This document shows positions 51,276 through 60,876 of a stretch of 64,000 nucleotides of DNA, in pieces. The position numbers were made by a program, and so were the translations under genes. The notes beneath the pieces are model-generated. The model made no database searches, was not told where the DNA came from, and saw nothing but the letters and a program-made list of their open reading frames with translations. The DNA comes from an uncultured Gemmatimonadales bacterium (GTDB lineage Bacteria; Gemmatimonadota; Gemmatimonadetes; Longimicrobiales; RSA9). The stretch spans positions 32,001-96,000 of the forward strand of contig OY970192.1 in the NCBI GenBank assembly GCA_963708135.1, given 5' to 3'. Position 1 is the first letter of the stretch. Each line of letters starts with the position of its first letter.

Positions 51276-51781
51276 GCGTGGCGGCCGTCCACGCGCGGGA
51301 GCCGCACAGCACGGATGCCGCCACGCCGCCGACCGGCCGCATGGCGATCGCGCTGCTCGCGCTGGCCGGGACGCTCCTGGCCACCTACCTGCTGATGCAC
51401 CGGCTGGGGCTGATCGGAAGCCTGGCGTGCGGCCCCGGCGGGCAGTGTGAGCGCGTGCAGGCCTCGCCCTGGGCCACGTTCCTGGGCGTGCCGGTCCCGC
51501 TCATCGGCGTCTGCGGGTACCTGGCGCTGCTCGTGGTCTCGCTGCTCGGGCTGCGGCCGGACCTCGAGCGCGACCGTCGGATCGGCGGCGCGCTCCTCGG
51601 CATGGCGACGCTGGGCCTGCTCTTCTCGGCCTACCTCACGTGGGCGGAGGCCGCCCGGATCCACGCCTGGTGCCGCTGGTGCCTCGGCTCGGCCGCCATC
51701 GCCACCCTCATCTTCCTCTTCGCCCTCACGGAGATCCCGCGCATGAGCCGCAACGTCCCCGCAGCAGGAGAGGACGCGTGA
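51272..51781 (+). CDS. Vitamin K epoxide reductase (VKOR) family protein
   Basis: Loop cysteines CGPGGQC; SPWA..GVPV; CRWC motif. Confidence 0.93.
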   Translation: MSVAAVHAREPHSTDAATPPTGRMAIALLALAGTLLATYLLMHRLGLIGSLACGPGGQCERVQASPWATFLGVPVPLIGVCGYLALLVVSLLGLRPDLERDRRIGGALLGMATLGLLFSAYLTWAEAARIHAWCRWCLGSAAIATLIFLFALTEIPRMSRNVPAAGEDA

Positions 51782-51999
51782 CGGCGACGAGCGCGCCCCG
51801 CGTCGCCGTGCGCCTCGTGTTCGCGGACCGGGGCAGCTTCCATGATCTCATCGTCCAGCTGCCGGCGGACGTGCTCGGCCGCTACGACCGGCTGATCGAC
51901 GCGCTGCGCGAGGACCTCGACGTGACCGCCCAGATCTACGTCGATCCGCGCCGGCTCGTGGCCGCCTACGTGGAGGCGGAGGCACCGGCGGCAGGGTAG
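51778..51999 (+). CDS. Small conserved-looking hypothetical protein
   Basis: GTG overlapping the VKOR stop; RLVFADRGSF..YDRLIDALRED..YVDPRRL. Confidence 0.7.
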   Translation: MTATSAPRVAVRLVFADRGSFHDLIVQLPADVLGRYDRLIDALREDLDVTAQIYVDPRRLVAAYVEAEAPAAG

Positions 52000-52107
52000 C
52001 GCCAACCCCGGCGCTGCGCCCGGCCATCGAATCCGCCTGCCGGCGCTCCAGGCCCGGGAGGTCCGCGGGGGTTGGACGCGTCGGATCGATCCCGCGGGGA
52101 GGGTGCC

Positions 52108-52800
52108 TCAGGGCCTCTTCGCCGCCGCCGTCTTCGCCGCGATCGCCCGGTCCAGCAGCGTCTTCCACTCGTCGTAGTCCTTCACGCCCACCACCGCCAG
52201 CGTGTCGTTCACGACGAAGCTCGGCGTTCCGCTGATCCGCGAGCCCGCCGCGAAGATGACGTCCTTCAGGATCACCGGCGCCACCCGGTCTCCGGCGTAG
52301 CAGGCGTGGTAGGCCTCATCGGGCACCCCCAGCTCGTGGGCGTCCGCCGCGAAGATCCGCGCCGCGTCCTGCGCGTCGCTCCAGTCCTTCTGCGTGGCGT
52401 AGAGCCGCTCGTGCATCGCCCAGAACCGGTCCGCCACGCCGCCCGCGCACAGCGCCGCCTTGGCCGCCGCCCACGCGTTGGGGTGCATCGGCAGCGGCAG
52501 GTTCACGAACACCCACTGCACCTTGCCCGTGCGGACGTAGGCGCTGTCGATGCGGGGAAAGACCTCGTTGGCGAACCGGCCGCAGAACGGGCACTGGAAG
52601 TCGGCGATCTCGTAGACCACGACCGGCGCGGTCCTTTCCCCCTTCGCCCTGCTGACGGAGGCCTTCTGCACCAGCGCCATGCCGCCGGCCTCTCCGTTCG
52701 TGGCGCTGGTCTGCGCCGCCGCCGGACCGGCCACGGCCGCCGCCGCCAGCGCGGCCAGCGCCGCTATGAGCTTCCCTGACGTTGCCCGGCTCACGTTCAC
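52108..52800 (-). CDS. DsbA family protein
   Basis: Signal peptide; DFQCPFC; GTPSF. Confidence 0.92.
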   Translation of the reverse strand: MNVSRATSGKLIAALAALAAAAVAGPAAAQTSATNGEAGGMALVQKASVSRAKGERTAPVVVYEIADFQCPFCGRFANEVFPRIDSAYVRTGKVQWVFVNLPLPMHPNAWAAAKAALCAGGVADRFWAMHERLYATQKDWSDAQDAARIFAADAHELGVPDEAYHACYAGDRVAPVILKDVIFAAGSRISGTPSFVVNDTLAVVGVKDYDEWKTLLDRAIAAKTAAAKRP

Positions 52801-52866
52801 TCCTCTGCTGTCACGGTGCCGACGCACGTACACGCCGGGGACCGTCCGGGTGCCACGCCGGCGGGC

Positions 52867-53463
52867 TCATCCGTTCGACCGGCGCGGGGGCGTGGCGCGC
52901 CCGGCCACGGCTCGCGCCCGCTCGAGCGTCCACGCCCGGACGACCGGCGGCGGCCAGGCGCCCGCCCGGGCCGCGGCGAGCAGCCGGTCCGCCTCGGCAC
53001 GCGCGGCGGCGGCGGTGGCCGGCTCGAGCCAGCCCGCGGCCACGGCGGCATCGAGCTCGTCCTCGTCCAGGATGGCGGCGTGGCCGTCCACGCCGAGCCA
53101 GACGTCGAGGAAGAGATCCGTGGCGTGCCACTCCCGGGGCGAGACCAGGCGCACGGGCTCGAGCACGTTGGCGTAGAAGCCGGTCGGCTCGCCCGCGGCC
53201 GTATGGAAACGGCCGACATCGTGCCAGGCGCCGGGGAAGGTGAACCAGACCACGGGCGAGCCATCCTCGAGCACGGTGCGCCCGTGGACGGTCATCGCGC
53301 GCGGCATCGGCGTGCGCTCGAGAAGCGTGACGATGGCGTCGTCGCCTTGGTGGATCAGCCGCTGAGTGAAGATGTCGAGCCGGTCCGGCGGCCGCAGGTA
53401 GTGGATGCGGACGGTCCCCTCCGGGGGCTCCCCCGCCGGACCCCCATCAGGCGTAGAAGCCAC
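52867..53463 (-). CDS. DUF402 domain protein
   Basis: TGFYANV, TDLFLDVW, LDEDEL. Confidence 0.85.
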   Translation of the reverse strand: MASTPDGGPAGEPPEGTVRIHYLRPPDRLDIFTQRLIHQGDDAIVTLLERTPMPRAMTVHGRTVLEDGSPVVWFTFPGAWHDVGRFHTAAGEPTGFYANVLEPVRLVSPREWHATDLFLDVWLGVDGHAAILDEDELDAAVAAGWLEPATAAAARAEADRLLAAARAGAWPPPVVRAWTLERARAVAGRATPPRRSNG

Positions 53464-55612
53464 GGCCTTCCCGGGCGTAGGCGCGGAGCAGCGGCGCGGG
53501 CTCGAAGCGGATCCCGTGCACGAGCTCCTGCCGCAGCGCCTCGAGGCGCGCCAGGATCTCCGCCGTGCCCACCCCGTCCGCCCACCGCAGCAGCCCGCCG
53601 CGGAAGGGCGGGAAGCCGGTGCCCGTGATCAGCCCCAGGTCCACCTCGCCCGGACCGCCCACGATCCCGTCCTCCAGCGCCCGTGCGGCCTCGTTCACCA
53701 TGGTGTAGAGGGCGCGCTGCTGGATGGCTTCCTTCGTCAGGCGACGCCGCTCCGCCGGGACCGTCGCGCCGAGCTCGCCGTAGACGCCGCCATCCACGCT
53801 CAGCTCGCGCCCGTGCTCGTAGCGGTAGAAGCCGAGCCCGCCCTTGCGGCCGAGGCGCGTGGTGCTCTCGATCGCGGTGAGCGGCGGAGCCGGGAGCATG
53901 CGCTCGCCGAATGCCTCGTGGAGGATGGTGGCCACATGTCCCGCCACGTCCAGCCCCACCTCGTCCAGGAGCCGCAGCGGCCCCATTGGCATGCCGAACC
54001 CGAGCAGCGCCCCATCGATCGCCTCCACGGCGGCCCCATCGGCGAGCAGCCAACCGGCCTCGTTCATGTACGGGGCGAGGATGCGGTTGACGAGGAAGCC
54101 GGGGCCGTCGTTCACTAGGAGCGGCGTCTTGTCGAGCTTGCGCGTGGCGGCGAAGACCGTCGCCAGCGCCGCCTCGGCGGTCCGGCCGCCCCGCACGATC
54201 TCGACCAGGGGCATCCGGCTCACGGGATTGAAGAAGTGCATCCCGCAGAAGTCCTGCGGCCGCTCGAGCGCCTCCTGCATCTCGGTGATGGACAGCGCGG
54301 AGGTGTTCGACGTAAGGACGGTTCCCGCGCGCACGCGGGCCTCCACCTCCGCCAGCACCCGTTTCTTCACGTCCATCCGCTCCACCACCGCCTCGATCAC
54401 CAGATCGAGGGTGCCGAAGCCCGAGTAGTCCAGCGTGGGCGAGATGGCGCGCATCCGCTGCGCGGCCTCCGCGGGACGGAGGCGGCGGCGCTTCGCCAGC
54501 TTGTCGAACAGCTCGCGCGCGGTGCGCAGGCCGTGGCCGATCGCATCCGCGCGGATGTCCTTCAGGCGCACCGCCAGCCCGCGGTACGCCAGCAGCTGCG
54601 CGATACCGCCGCCCATGACGCCGGCGCCCAGCACGCCCACGCGCTCGACGGGGCGGGGCTCCGCCGCCGGCGCCGCCTTCTTGGCGGCTTCCATCAGGTG
54701 GAAGACGTGGATCAGGTTCTTCGAGACCGGTGTGACCACGAGGCGGCCGAGCGCGCGCGCCTCCTCGCGCAGCGCGGGCTCGACGTCCATGTCGATCGTC
54801 TTCTCGATGGTATCGAGGGCGGTCAGCGGGGCGGGGTAGTGGCCGCGCGTTTCCTTCTCGACCTGCTTGCGCGCCTGACGGAAGACGAGGCGCCGGCCGA
54901 GCGCGTTCCCCTCGAGGAGCGCACCGGTCAGGCCGCGGCTCGGGCGGGGGGGCGGGGGGCGCCGCCCCAGCCGCTCGGTGGCCCAGGCGTCCGCACGCTC
55001 ATCGAGAATCGCCGCGTGCACCCGCTCGTCCACCAGCCCGATCCGCTGCGCCTTGCGCGCATCCACCGGCCGCCCCGTCAGGATCAGCGGAAGCGCGTTG
55101 CGGAGCCCCACCAGCCGGGGCAGGCGGACCGTGCCGCCGAAGCCCGGCAGGATGCCGAGCTGGACCTCGGGCAGCCCGATGCGCGTCTCTGGCGCGTCCG
55201 CCGCGATGCGGTGGTCGCATGCCAGGATCAGCTCCGTCCCGCCGCCCAGGCAGATCCCGCCCACGGCCGCCACGGTCGGGATCGGCAGCGCGGCGACGCG
55301 CGAGAGCACCCGCTGCCCCTCCCGCGAGCCCGCCTCGCCATCCGCCGGGTCCGTGATCGACGCGATCTCGTCCACGTCCGCCCCGGCGATGAACATCCGC
55401 GGCTTGCCGCTGCGGATGACCAGCGCCCGGATCCGCGCCTCGCGGGCGGCCGCCTCGATCTCGTCCAGCAGCGCATCCAGACGGCTCATGACGCCGCTCG
55501 TCAGGATGTTGGCCCGGCTGTCCGGGCGGTCGAAGGTCAGCCGGGCGAGGCCCGTTCCGTCCACCTCCAGCCGCAGCGCCGCGCGATCGACTTCCCGCAC
55601 CACCGTCTCCAT
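53447..55612 (-). CDS. fadJ: Fatty-acid oxidation multifunctional enzyme (enoyl-CoA hydratase/3-hydroxyacyl-CoA dehydrogenase), FadJ/FadB-like
   Basis: FIAGADV, GGGTE, LPEVQLGILPG, GAGVMG, SNTS, GMHFFNP, GFPPFRGG. Confidence 0.9.
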   Translation of the reverse strand: METVVREVDRAALRLEVDGTGLARLTFDRPDSRANILTSGVMSRLDALLDEIEAAAREARIRALVIRSGKPRMFIAGADVDEIASITDPADGEAGSREGQRVLSRVAALPIPTVAAVGGICLGGGTELILACDHRIAADAPETRIGLPEVQLGILPGFGGTVRLPRLVGLRNALPLILTGRPVDARKAQRIGLVDERVHAAILDERADAWATERLGRRPPPPRPSRGLTGALLEGNALGRRLVFRQARKQVEKETRGHYPAPLTALDTIEKTIDMDVEPALREEARALGRLVVTPVSKNLIHVFHLMEAAKKAAPAAEPRPVERVGVLGAGVMGGGIAQLLAYRGLAVRLKDIRADAIGHGLRTARELFDKLAKRRRLRPAEAAQRMRAISPTLDYSGFGTLDLVIEAVVERMDVKKRVLAEVEARVRAGTVLTSNTSALSITEMQEALERPQDFCGMHFFNPVSRMPLVEIVRGGRTAEAALATVFAATRKLDKTPLLVNDGPGFLVNRILAPYMNEAGWLLADGAAVEAIDGALLGFGMPMGPLRLLDEVGLDVAGHVATILHEAFGERMLPAPPLTAIESTTRLGRKGGLGFYRYEHGRELSVDGGVYGELGATVPAERRRLTKEAIQQRALYTMVNEAARALEDGIVGGPGEVDLGLITGTGFPPFRGGLLRWADGVGTAEILARLEALRQELVHGIRFEPAPLLRAYAREGRGFYA

Positions 55613-55677
55613 GCGTCCTCCCGCTCCGCGTGCGCGCCGCCAGGCCGGCGCCCGCCCCGCCGGGCGTCCTCCGGAAG

Positions 55678-56979
55678 CTACCGGTGCGATGGAAGGTGAT
55701 CAACCGGGTCGGGTCCCGCTCCGGCCGGCTCCAACGCCGGTCCCAGCACGGCCACGGCCGGCTCGCCGAGCTCCAGCGCCGCCCTGCGCAGCCGTGCCGG
55801 CGTGAGCGCGTCGATCCGTGCCTCGAGGGCGGTGTAGGCCTGGTCGAAGAAGAGGCGGTCCGCGGCCTCGCCGGCGCGCGCCTCGGGCGTCTCCACCGAG
55901 AGCAGCCGCTCGCCGCGATAGCGCCGCAGCAGCCGGCCGAACGCGCCCGCCTCCGCCGGCGCGTCCGCCATCGCCCGCACCTCGTCGCGCACCGTGGCGG
56001 TCCACCGCCTCGCGCTCTCCGGGCTGGTGACCAGGTAGACGACCAGGAGCCCGCCGCCCCCGAAGCGCTCGACCCGCGCCGCGGCATCGAAGATGTCCGG
56101 CCGCGCGGCGGACGGGCGCACGGCGTCGAGGACCCGGAACGCGAGCAGACGCAGCGCTTCGTCGTCCAGTCGCGCCGCCAGTGGAAACGCCATCCCCACG
56201 AACGCGGTGACCGTGGGGCTCTCGATCGTGCGCGTGCCCGCGATCGGCGGCGTGCGCGGCACCGGCAGCAGGATCGGCAGGCCGACGTCGCCGAGGCGGG
56301 CGCGGACGAGCGAGTCCGCCTCGGCCCGGTGCACCGGCCCGAGCACCGCGGCGGTCATGCGCGTGGGCGTGAAGCGCCGCTGGGCGGTTCGCTGAACGGT
56401 CTGGACATCGAGCGAGTCGATGCTGCCCGGCCGGCCGCAGCCGTCCCGAGCCCACGGGCTCTCGGTGCCGAAGAGCGCCTGGTGGAGAACCGCGCGCACC
56501 TCGAGCGCCGGATCGCCTTCCGCGAAGCGCAGACCGCGCAGCAGCTCAGAGCGCGCCCGCTCGAACGCCCCCGGCTCGATGCGCGGCTGGAGCAGCGCAT
56601 CGAAGAGGAGCTCGGCGGCGAGCACCCACGTGGATGGCGGGGCGAGGAGTCTCACGCGCAGTGCCGCCCGGCCGCATTCGACGCTCGCCGTCGCGCCCAG
56701 CGCATCCAGCGTCGGACGCACCCCCTCCAGCGCCGCCCGCGCCGCCAGGAGCGACGCACCCGCCTCGGCCGCCTGCTCCCACGCCGCGCCCGCGTTCACG
56801 TCGAGCGCGAGGGCCACGACGGGCGTGTGCGGCGCGGGCAGCACGACAACGCGCGACTGCGCGCGCGCCGGGCGCGCGCCCGACACCAGGAGCGCCAGGA
56901 GCGCCAGGAGCGCCGCCGGTGCCCACGCGCGCCGCCGTCCGGACGCGCCGCCGCGTACCTGAGCGCCGCCGATTCTCAC
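55678..56979 (-). CDS. M16 (insulinase)-like protein without HXXEH
   Basis: Signal peptide; PVVALALDVNAGA, LFGTESPWARDGCG, TAAVLGP and IDALTPARL resemble the M16 fold. Confidence 0.7.
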   Translation of the reverse strand: MRIGGAQVRGGASGRRRAWAPAALLALLALLVSGARPARAQSRVVVLPAPHTPVVALALDVNAGAAWEQAAEAGASLLAARAALEGVRPTLDALGATASVECGRAALRVRLLAPPSTWVLAAELLFDALLQPRIEPGAFERARSELLRGLRFAEGDPALEVRAVLHQALFGTESPWARDGCGRPGSIDSLDVQTVQRTAQRRFTPTRMTAAVLGPVHRAEADSLVRARLGDVGLPILLPVPRTPPIAGTRTIESPTVTAFVGMAFPLAARLDDEALRLLAFRVLDAVRPSAARPDIFDAAARVERFGGGGLLVVYLVTSPESARRWTATVRDEVRAMADAPAEAGAFGRLLRRYRGERLLSVETPEARAGEAADRLFFDQAYTALEARIDALTPARLRRAALELGEPAVAVLGPALEPAGAGPDPVDHLPSHR

Positions 56980-58316
56980 GGCCGCAGCTCCACGCGCACC
57001 GGCCGGGCGGCCAGGAGCGCATCGAGCACGCGCTGCACCTCCTCCGTGCCGACCGTCTGGAGCGCGCGCAGCATGGCCTGGCCCGCGCCGGGATCTCCCG
57101 TCCGGTCCAGGAAGCCGCCCAGATACTCGGCCAGCCCGGAGGGGGTGCGCGCCGCGAGCAGCGCGTCCCGGGAGAGCTCCCGTGCCGCCCGGGCCACGGC
57201 ATCCGGCGTGGCCGTCCGGTCCGCGTTCCGCAGCGCGTTCCGGAGCTCGAGCTCGGCGTGCGCCGCCGCGCTGTCCGGCTCGCCGGGCGCCGCCGCCGCG
57301 CTCGAGCGAGCCCCGGCGAGCAGCGCGATCGCCCGGTGCCCGCCCTGCCACCAGAGCTCGGCCGTCGGGTCCCGCAGATCGGTGCCGCGGAGCTGCCGCG
57401 CCACCAGCCGTGCCGCCACGGCCAGCGCCGCCTCCGACGCGTCCGTTGGCGCGTCGAGCCCCGCCGCAAGCCATGGACCGAGCAGCTGCGGCGCCGCCAC
57501 GCCTTCCTCCACCTCCGGCCGCGCCGCGCCGGGAGCGGCGGGCGGGGCCGGTGTCCAGTCCGCGAGCGTCGCGGCCACCGTTTCCACCCGAACCCCCCCG
57601 GCCACCACCACCGCCAGCCGCTCCGGCCGGAACACGCGTCGCCGGAAGGCCTCGAGCGTGGCGGGCGTGAGCGTCGAGTCCACGATCACGCCATCCGCCG
57701 CCGAAAGGTCCGGGAACAGCGCCGCGCGCAGGCGCGCCCGGAGGAGCGGCGCCGGCGTCTCCCGCACGGCTCGCTCCGCCTCCGCCGTGCGCAGCCGCGC
57801 CACCTCGAGCGCGCCGGCGTCCGCCCGGGGGGGATCCAGCGCGTCCCCCAGCAGCCGGAGCATGGCCGGCAGGTCGCGCGCCGCGCCCGTCAGTGCGTAG
57901 ATCGCGTGCGTCGGCGTCACGCGCAGCCGCAGCGTGGCGCCCAGTGCCGTCGCGCCCGCCTCCAGCCGCGGCCGCGCGAGCCGCTGCAGCACGGCGGCGA
58001 CCGGCTCCGGCCTCCCCGTCCCGGCCAGCCCCACCGAGACCCGCACCGCCGCGAGCGGCTCCTCCGGCTGCGGGAACACCACCACGGTCCCCGCGGCAGG
58101 CTCGGCCCGGACCACCAGCCGCCCCGGCAGCGTGTCCTGAAGGGGGGACGGCGTGAGTGCCGCGGCCCAGGACGGGAACGCCGCGCACCACGCGAGCAGG
58201 AGCAGCGCCAGCGACGCGGGACGCGCGGCGGGCAAAGAAAAAGGCGCCGCGAGCGGCGCCGATCCGGGCGTGAGGGAGCGGTGGGCGGGCGCGCCTGCGC
58301 CTCCGGCGGCGCTCAT
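56976..58316 (-). CDS. M16 (insulinase)-like protein without HXXEH
   Basis: Signal peptide; LEAFRRRVFRPERLAVVVAGGV and LQTVGTEEVQRV are M16-like segments. Confidence 0.7.
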   Translation of the reverse strand: MSAAGGAGAPAHRSLTPGSAPLAAPFSLPAARPASLALLLLAWCAAFPSWAAALTPSPLQDTLPGRLVVRAEPAAGTVVVFPQPEEPLAAVRVSVGLAGTGRPEPVAAVLQRLARPRLEAGATALGATLRLRVTPTHAIYALTGAARDLPAMLRLLGDALDPPRADAGALEVARLRTAEAERAVRETPAPLLRARLRAALFPDLSAADGVIVDSTLTPATLEAFRRRVFRPERLAVVVAGGVRVETVAATLADWTPAPPAAPGAARPEVEEGVAAPQLLGPWLAAGLDAPTDASEAALAVAARLVARQLRGTDLRDPTAELWWQGGHRAIALLAGARSSAAAAPGEPDSAAAHAELELRNALRNADRTATPDAVARAARELSRDALLAARTPSGLAEYLGGFLDRTGDPGAGQAMLRALQTVGTEEVQRVLDALLAARPVRVELRP

Positions 58317-59830
58317 TCGGGACGGGGGAAGAGGACGTCGCCCCGGTGCACGCCGCGCCCGGCGAGGTCCAGGCTGGCGAGCGCGTCGAGCGGCGGGACG
58401 TCCTCGAGCCCCAGCCGGTGCGCCAGCGCCCGCATCTTCACCGGCATGAACGGCTCGAGCATCGCCGCCAGCGTGGCCAGGGCGCGGGCCAGCCCCCCGA
58501 GCGTCGCGTCCAGCGCATCCGCCTGCGCGGGGTCCCTGGCCTGCGCCCAGGGGGCGCGCTCCCCCACGAAGGCGTTGGCCGCATCCGCCAGCTCGATGGC
58601 CGCCGCGGCGCCGTGCTGGAGCAGGTTCGCGTCCATGGCGGAGCGGTAGCGTACGATGCCGACCGCGATTGCCTCGTCCAGCGAGACGCGCTCGCCCTCC
58701 GGCACCCGCCCCTCCCGGTAGCGCTCGATCATCGAGAGGATGCGGTTGGCCAGGTTGCCGAGGTTATTGGCCAGGTCCGCCGTGTAGCGCTCGTCGAAGC
58801 GCTCGAGCGAGATCTCGCCATCGCCGTTCCACGGCACCTCGCGCACCAGGAAGTAGCGTAGCGCATCCGGCCCGTAACGCTCGATCATGGCGTCCAGCTC
58901 GAGGGTCACGCCCTCCGACTTCGACATCTTGCCGCCCCCGACCGTCACGAAGCCATGGGCCCAGACGCTCTTCGGCAGCTCCACCTCCGCGCTCATGAGC
59001 ATCGCCGGCCAGAGGATGCAGTGGAAGCGGGTGATGTCCTTGCCGATGACGTGGTAGTCCGCGGGCCACAGGTCGCGGTAGCTATCGTCGGGGAAGCCGG
59101 TTGCCGTGAGGTAGTTGGTGAGCGCGTCCGGCCAGACGTAGGCCGTGTGGTCCGGATCGCCTGGCCAGGGGATGCCCCACGGGAGGTTCGCGCGCGAGAA
59201 GGAGGTGTCGTCCAGGCCGCCCTCGATCATGCGCCGCACCTCGTTGCGGCGGCTCTCCGGCTGCACGAACTCCGGCCGCTCATCGAGCAGCTTGAGCAGC
59301 CGCTCCTGGTAGCGCGAGAGGCGGAAGAACCAGTTGCTCTCCTCCGTCCATACCGCCTCCCGCGTCGGGTGGATCGGACAGCGCAGCGTGCCGGCCTCGT
59401 CCGGCACAAGCTCCTCCCCCCGCTTGAACGCTTCGCACCCCACGCAGTAGTAGCCCTCGTAGCGCCCCTTGTAGAGGTCTCCCGCCGCCTCCATCCGAGC
59501 GATCATCGCCAGCACCGCGCGCCGGTGGCGCGGCTCGGTGGTCCGGATGAAGTCGTCCCGGCTGATCGCGAGCCGGTCCCACGCTGCCTCGAACGCAGCG
59601 GCGATCCGCTCCACCCACTCCGCAGGGGTGACGCCCGCCGCCTCCGCGCTCTGCAGCACCTTCAACCCGTGCTCGTCGATGCCCATCACGAAGTACACCG
59701 GCTCGCCCTTCAACCGGTGGTAGCGGGCCATGGCGTCCGCACCGATCTTCTCCAGCGCGTGCCCCATGTGCGGTGCGCCGTTGGCGTAGTCGATCGCCGT
59801 CGTGATGTAGAACGGCTTGGGAGCGCTCAC
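58313..59830 (-). CDS. metG: Methionine--tRNA ligase (short form without C-terminal tRNA-binding domain)
   Basis: YITTAIDYANGAPHMGH, GKDITRFH, KMSKS; one knuckle CVGC..CPIH. Confidence 0.97.
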   Translation of the reverse strand: MSAPKPFYITTAIDYANGAPHMGHALEKIGADAMARYHRLKGEPVYFVMGIDEHGLKVLQSAEAAGVTPAEWVERIAAAFEAAWDRLAISRDDFIRTTEPRHRRAVLAMIARMEAAGDLYKGRYEGYYCVGCEAFKRGEELVPDEAGTLRCPIHPTREAVWTEESNWFFRLSRYQERLLKLLDERPEFVQPESRRNEVRRMIEGGLDDTSFSRANLPWGIPWPGDPDHTAYVWPDALTNYLTATGFPDDSYRDLWPADYHVIGKDITRFHCILWPAMLMSAEVELPKSVWAHGFVTVGGGKMSKSEGVTLELDAMIERYGPDALRYFLVREVPWNGDGEISLERFDERYTADLANNLGNLANRILSMIERYREGRVPEGERVSLDEAIAVGIVRYRSAMDANLLQHGAAAAIELADAANAFVGERAPWAQARDPAQADALDATLGGLARALATLAAMLEPFMPVKMRALAHRLGLEDVPPLDALASLDLAGRGVHRGDVLFPRPE

Positions 59831-60789
59831 TCGCGCGACCTCTCGCCGCCGCCGCGCGGGCCCCGGCCGTTGCCGTCGCCCCGATCGCGCCCGCCGCCCG
59901 AGCGGCCCCGCTCCTCCCGGTCGCGCCCAGTTCGGCCGCCGCCCCGCTCCGGCTCCGACCCCGCCCGCGCGACCTCCCCCTTCAGCTCCGCGAGCTCGAT
60001 CGTGCGCCGGTTGCCCTCCTCATCCTTGAGCAGCACGCGCTCGCGCCAGATGTCCACGCTCACCACCCGCTCCCGGCCCTGCCCGGTGTTCAGCGTCTTC
60101 CCCTCGCGCGGGAACTTCTTCCGCGCCTGCACGTACGCCTCGTGCTCGTAGGTCAGGCAGCACATGAGGCGGCCGCAGCATCCCGAGATCTGCGCCGGAT
60201 TCAGCGACAGCCGCTGGTCCTTGGCCAGCTGCAGGCTCACCGGCTTCAGCTCCCGCAGCCACGTCGAGCAGCACAGCTCCCGGCCGCACCGACCCACGCC
60301 CCCGAGCAGCGCCGCCTCGTCCCGCACGCCGATCTGCTTCAGCTCGATTCGCGTCCGAAACGTCCGCGCCAGCTCGCGCACCAGCTCGCGGAAGTCAACA
60401 CGCCGCTCGGCCGTGAAATAGATCGTCAGCTTGTTGCGGTCGAACTGCCACTCCGCCTCGCTGACCTTCATCTTGAGCCCGAACTGCAGCACCTTCTCCC
60501 GCGCCACCCGCCGCACCCGCGGCTCGTCCGCCCGTAGCGTGACCGCCCGCTTCACCTCGTCCTCGCGCGCCGGGCGCAGCACCCGCTTCTCCGGCACCGG
60601 CGCCGCGCAACCGGTCGCGCACCCCGAGCACTTCCGCTCCGCAATGGCGCCGTACGCCGTGACCAGGCCGAGATCCTCTCCGCGGTCCGCCTCGACCAGC
60701 ACGAAATCCTGCACGTCAACCCCGACCGCCTCGCTGCGGTAGTAATCGCGGCGGTTTCCCTTGAAGCTGACTTCCAATATCTGACTCAT
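59827..60789 (-). CDS. ricT: PSP1/RicT (YaaT) family protein
   Basis: RVDFRELV, RIELKQIGVRDEA, GRCGRELCC, ISGCCGRLMCCL. Confidence 0.9.
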   Translation of the reverse strand: MSQILEVSFKGNRRDYYRSEAVGVDVQDFVLVEADRGEDLGLVTAYGAIAERKCSGCATGCAAPVPEKRVLRPAREDEVKRAVTLRADEPRVRRVAREKVLQFGLKMKVSEAEWQFDRNKLTIYFTAERRVDFRELVRELARTFRTRIELKQIGVRDEAALLGGVGRCGRELCCSTWLRELKPVSLQLAKDQRLSLNPAQISGCCGRLMCCLTYEHEAYVQARKKFPREGKTLNTGQGRERVVSVDIWRERVLLKDEEGNRRTIELAELKGEVARAGSEPERGGGRTGRDREERGRSGGGRDRGDGNGRGPRGGGERSRE

Positions 60790-60876
60790 GATACCGGCTC
60801 GGTTCTCATGGTTCGGGGGCGGCGATGCGGGCGGACGACGCTCCGCCGGAGCACCCGCCACAGCGGGCGCGGCCCC

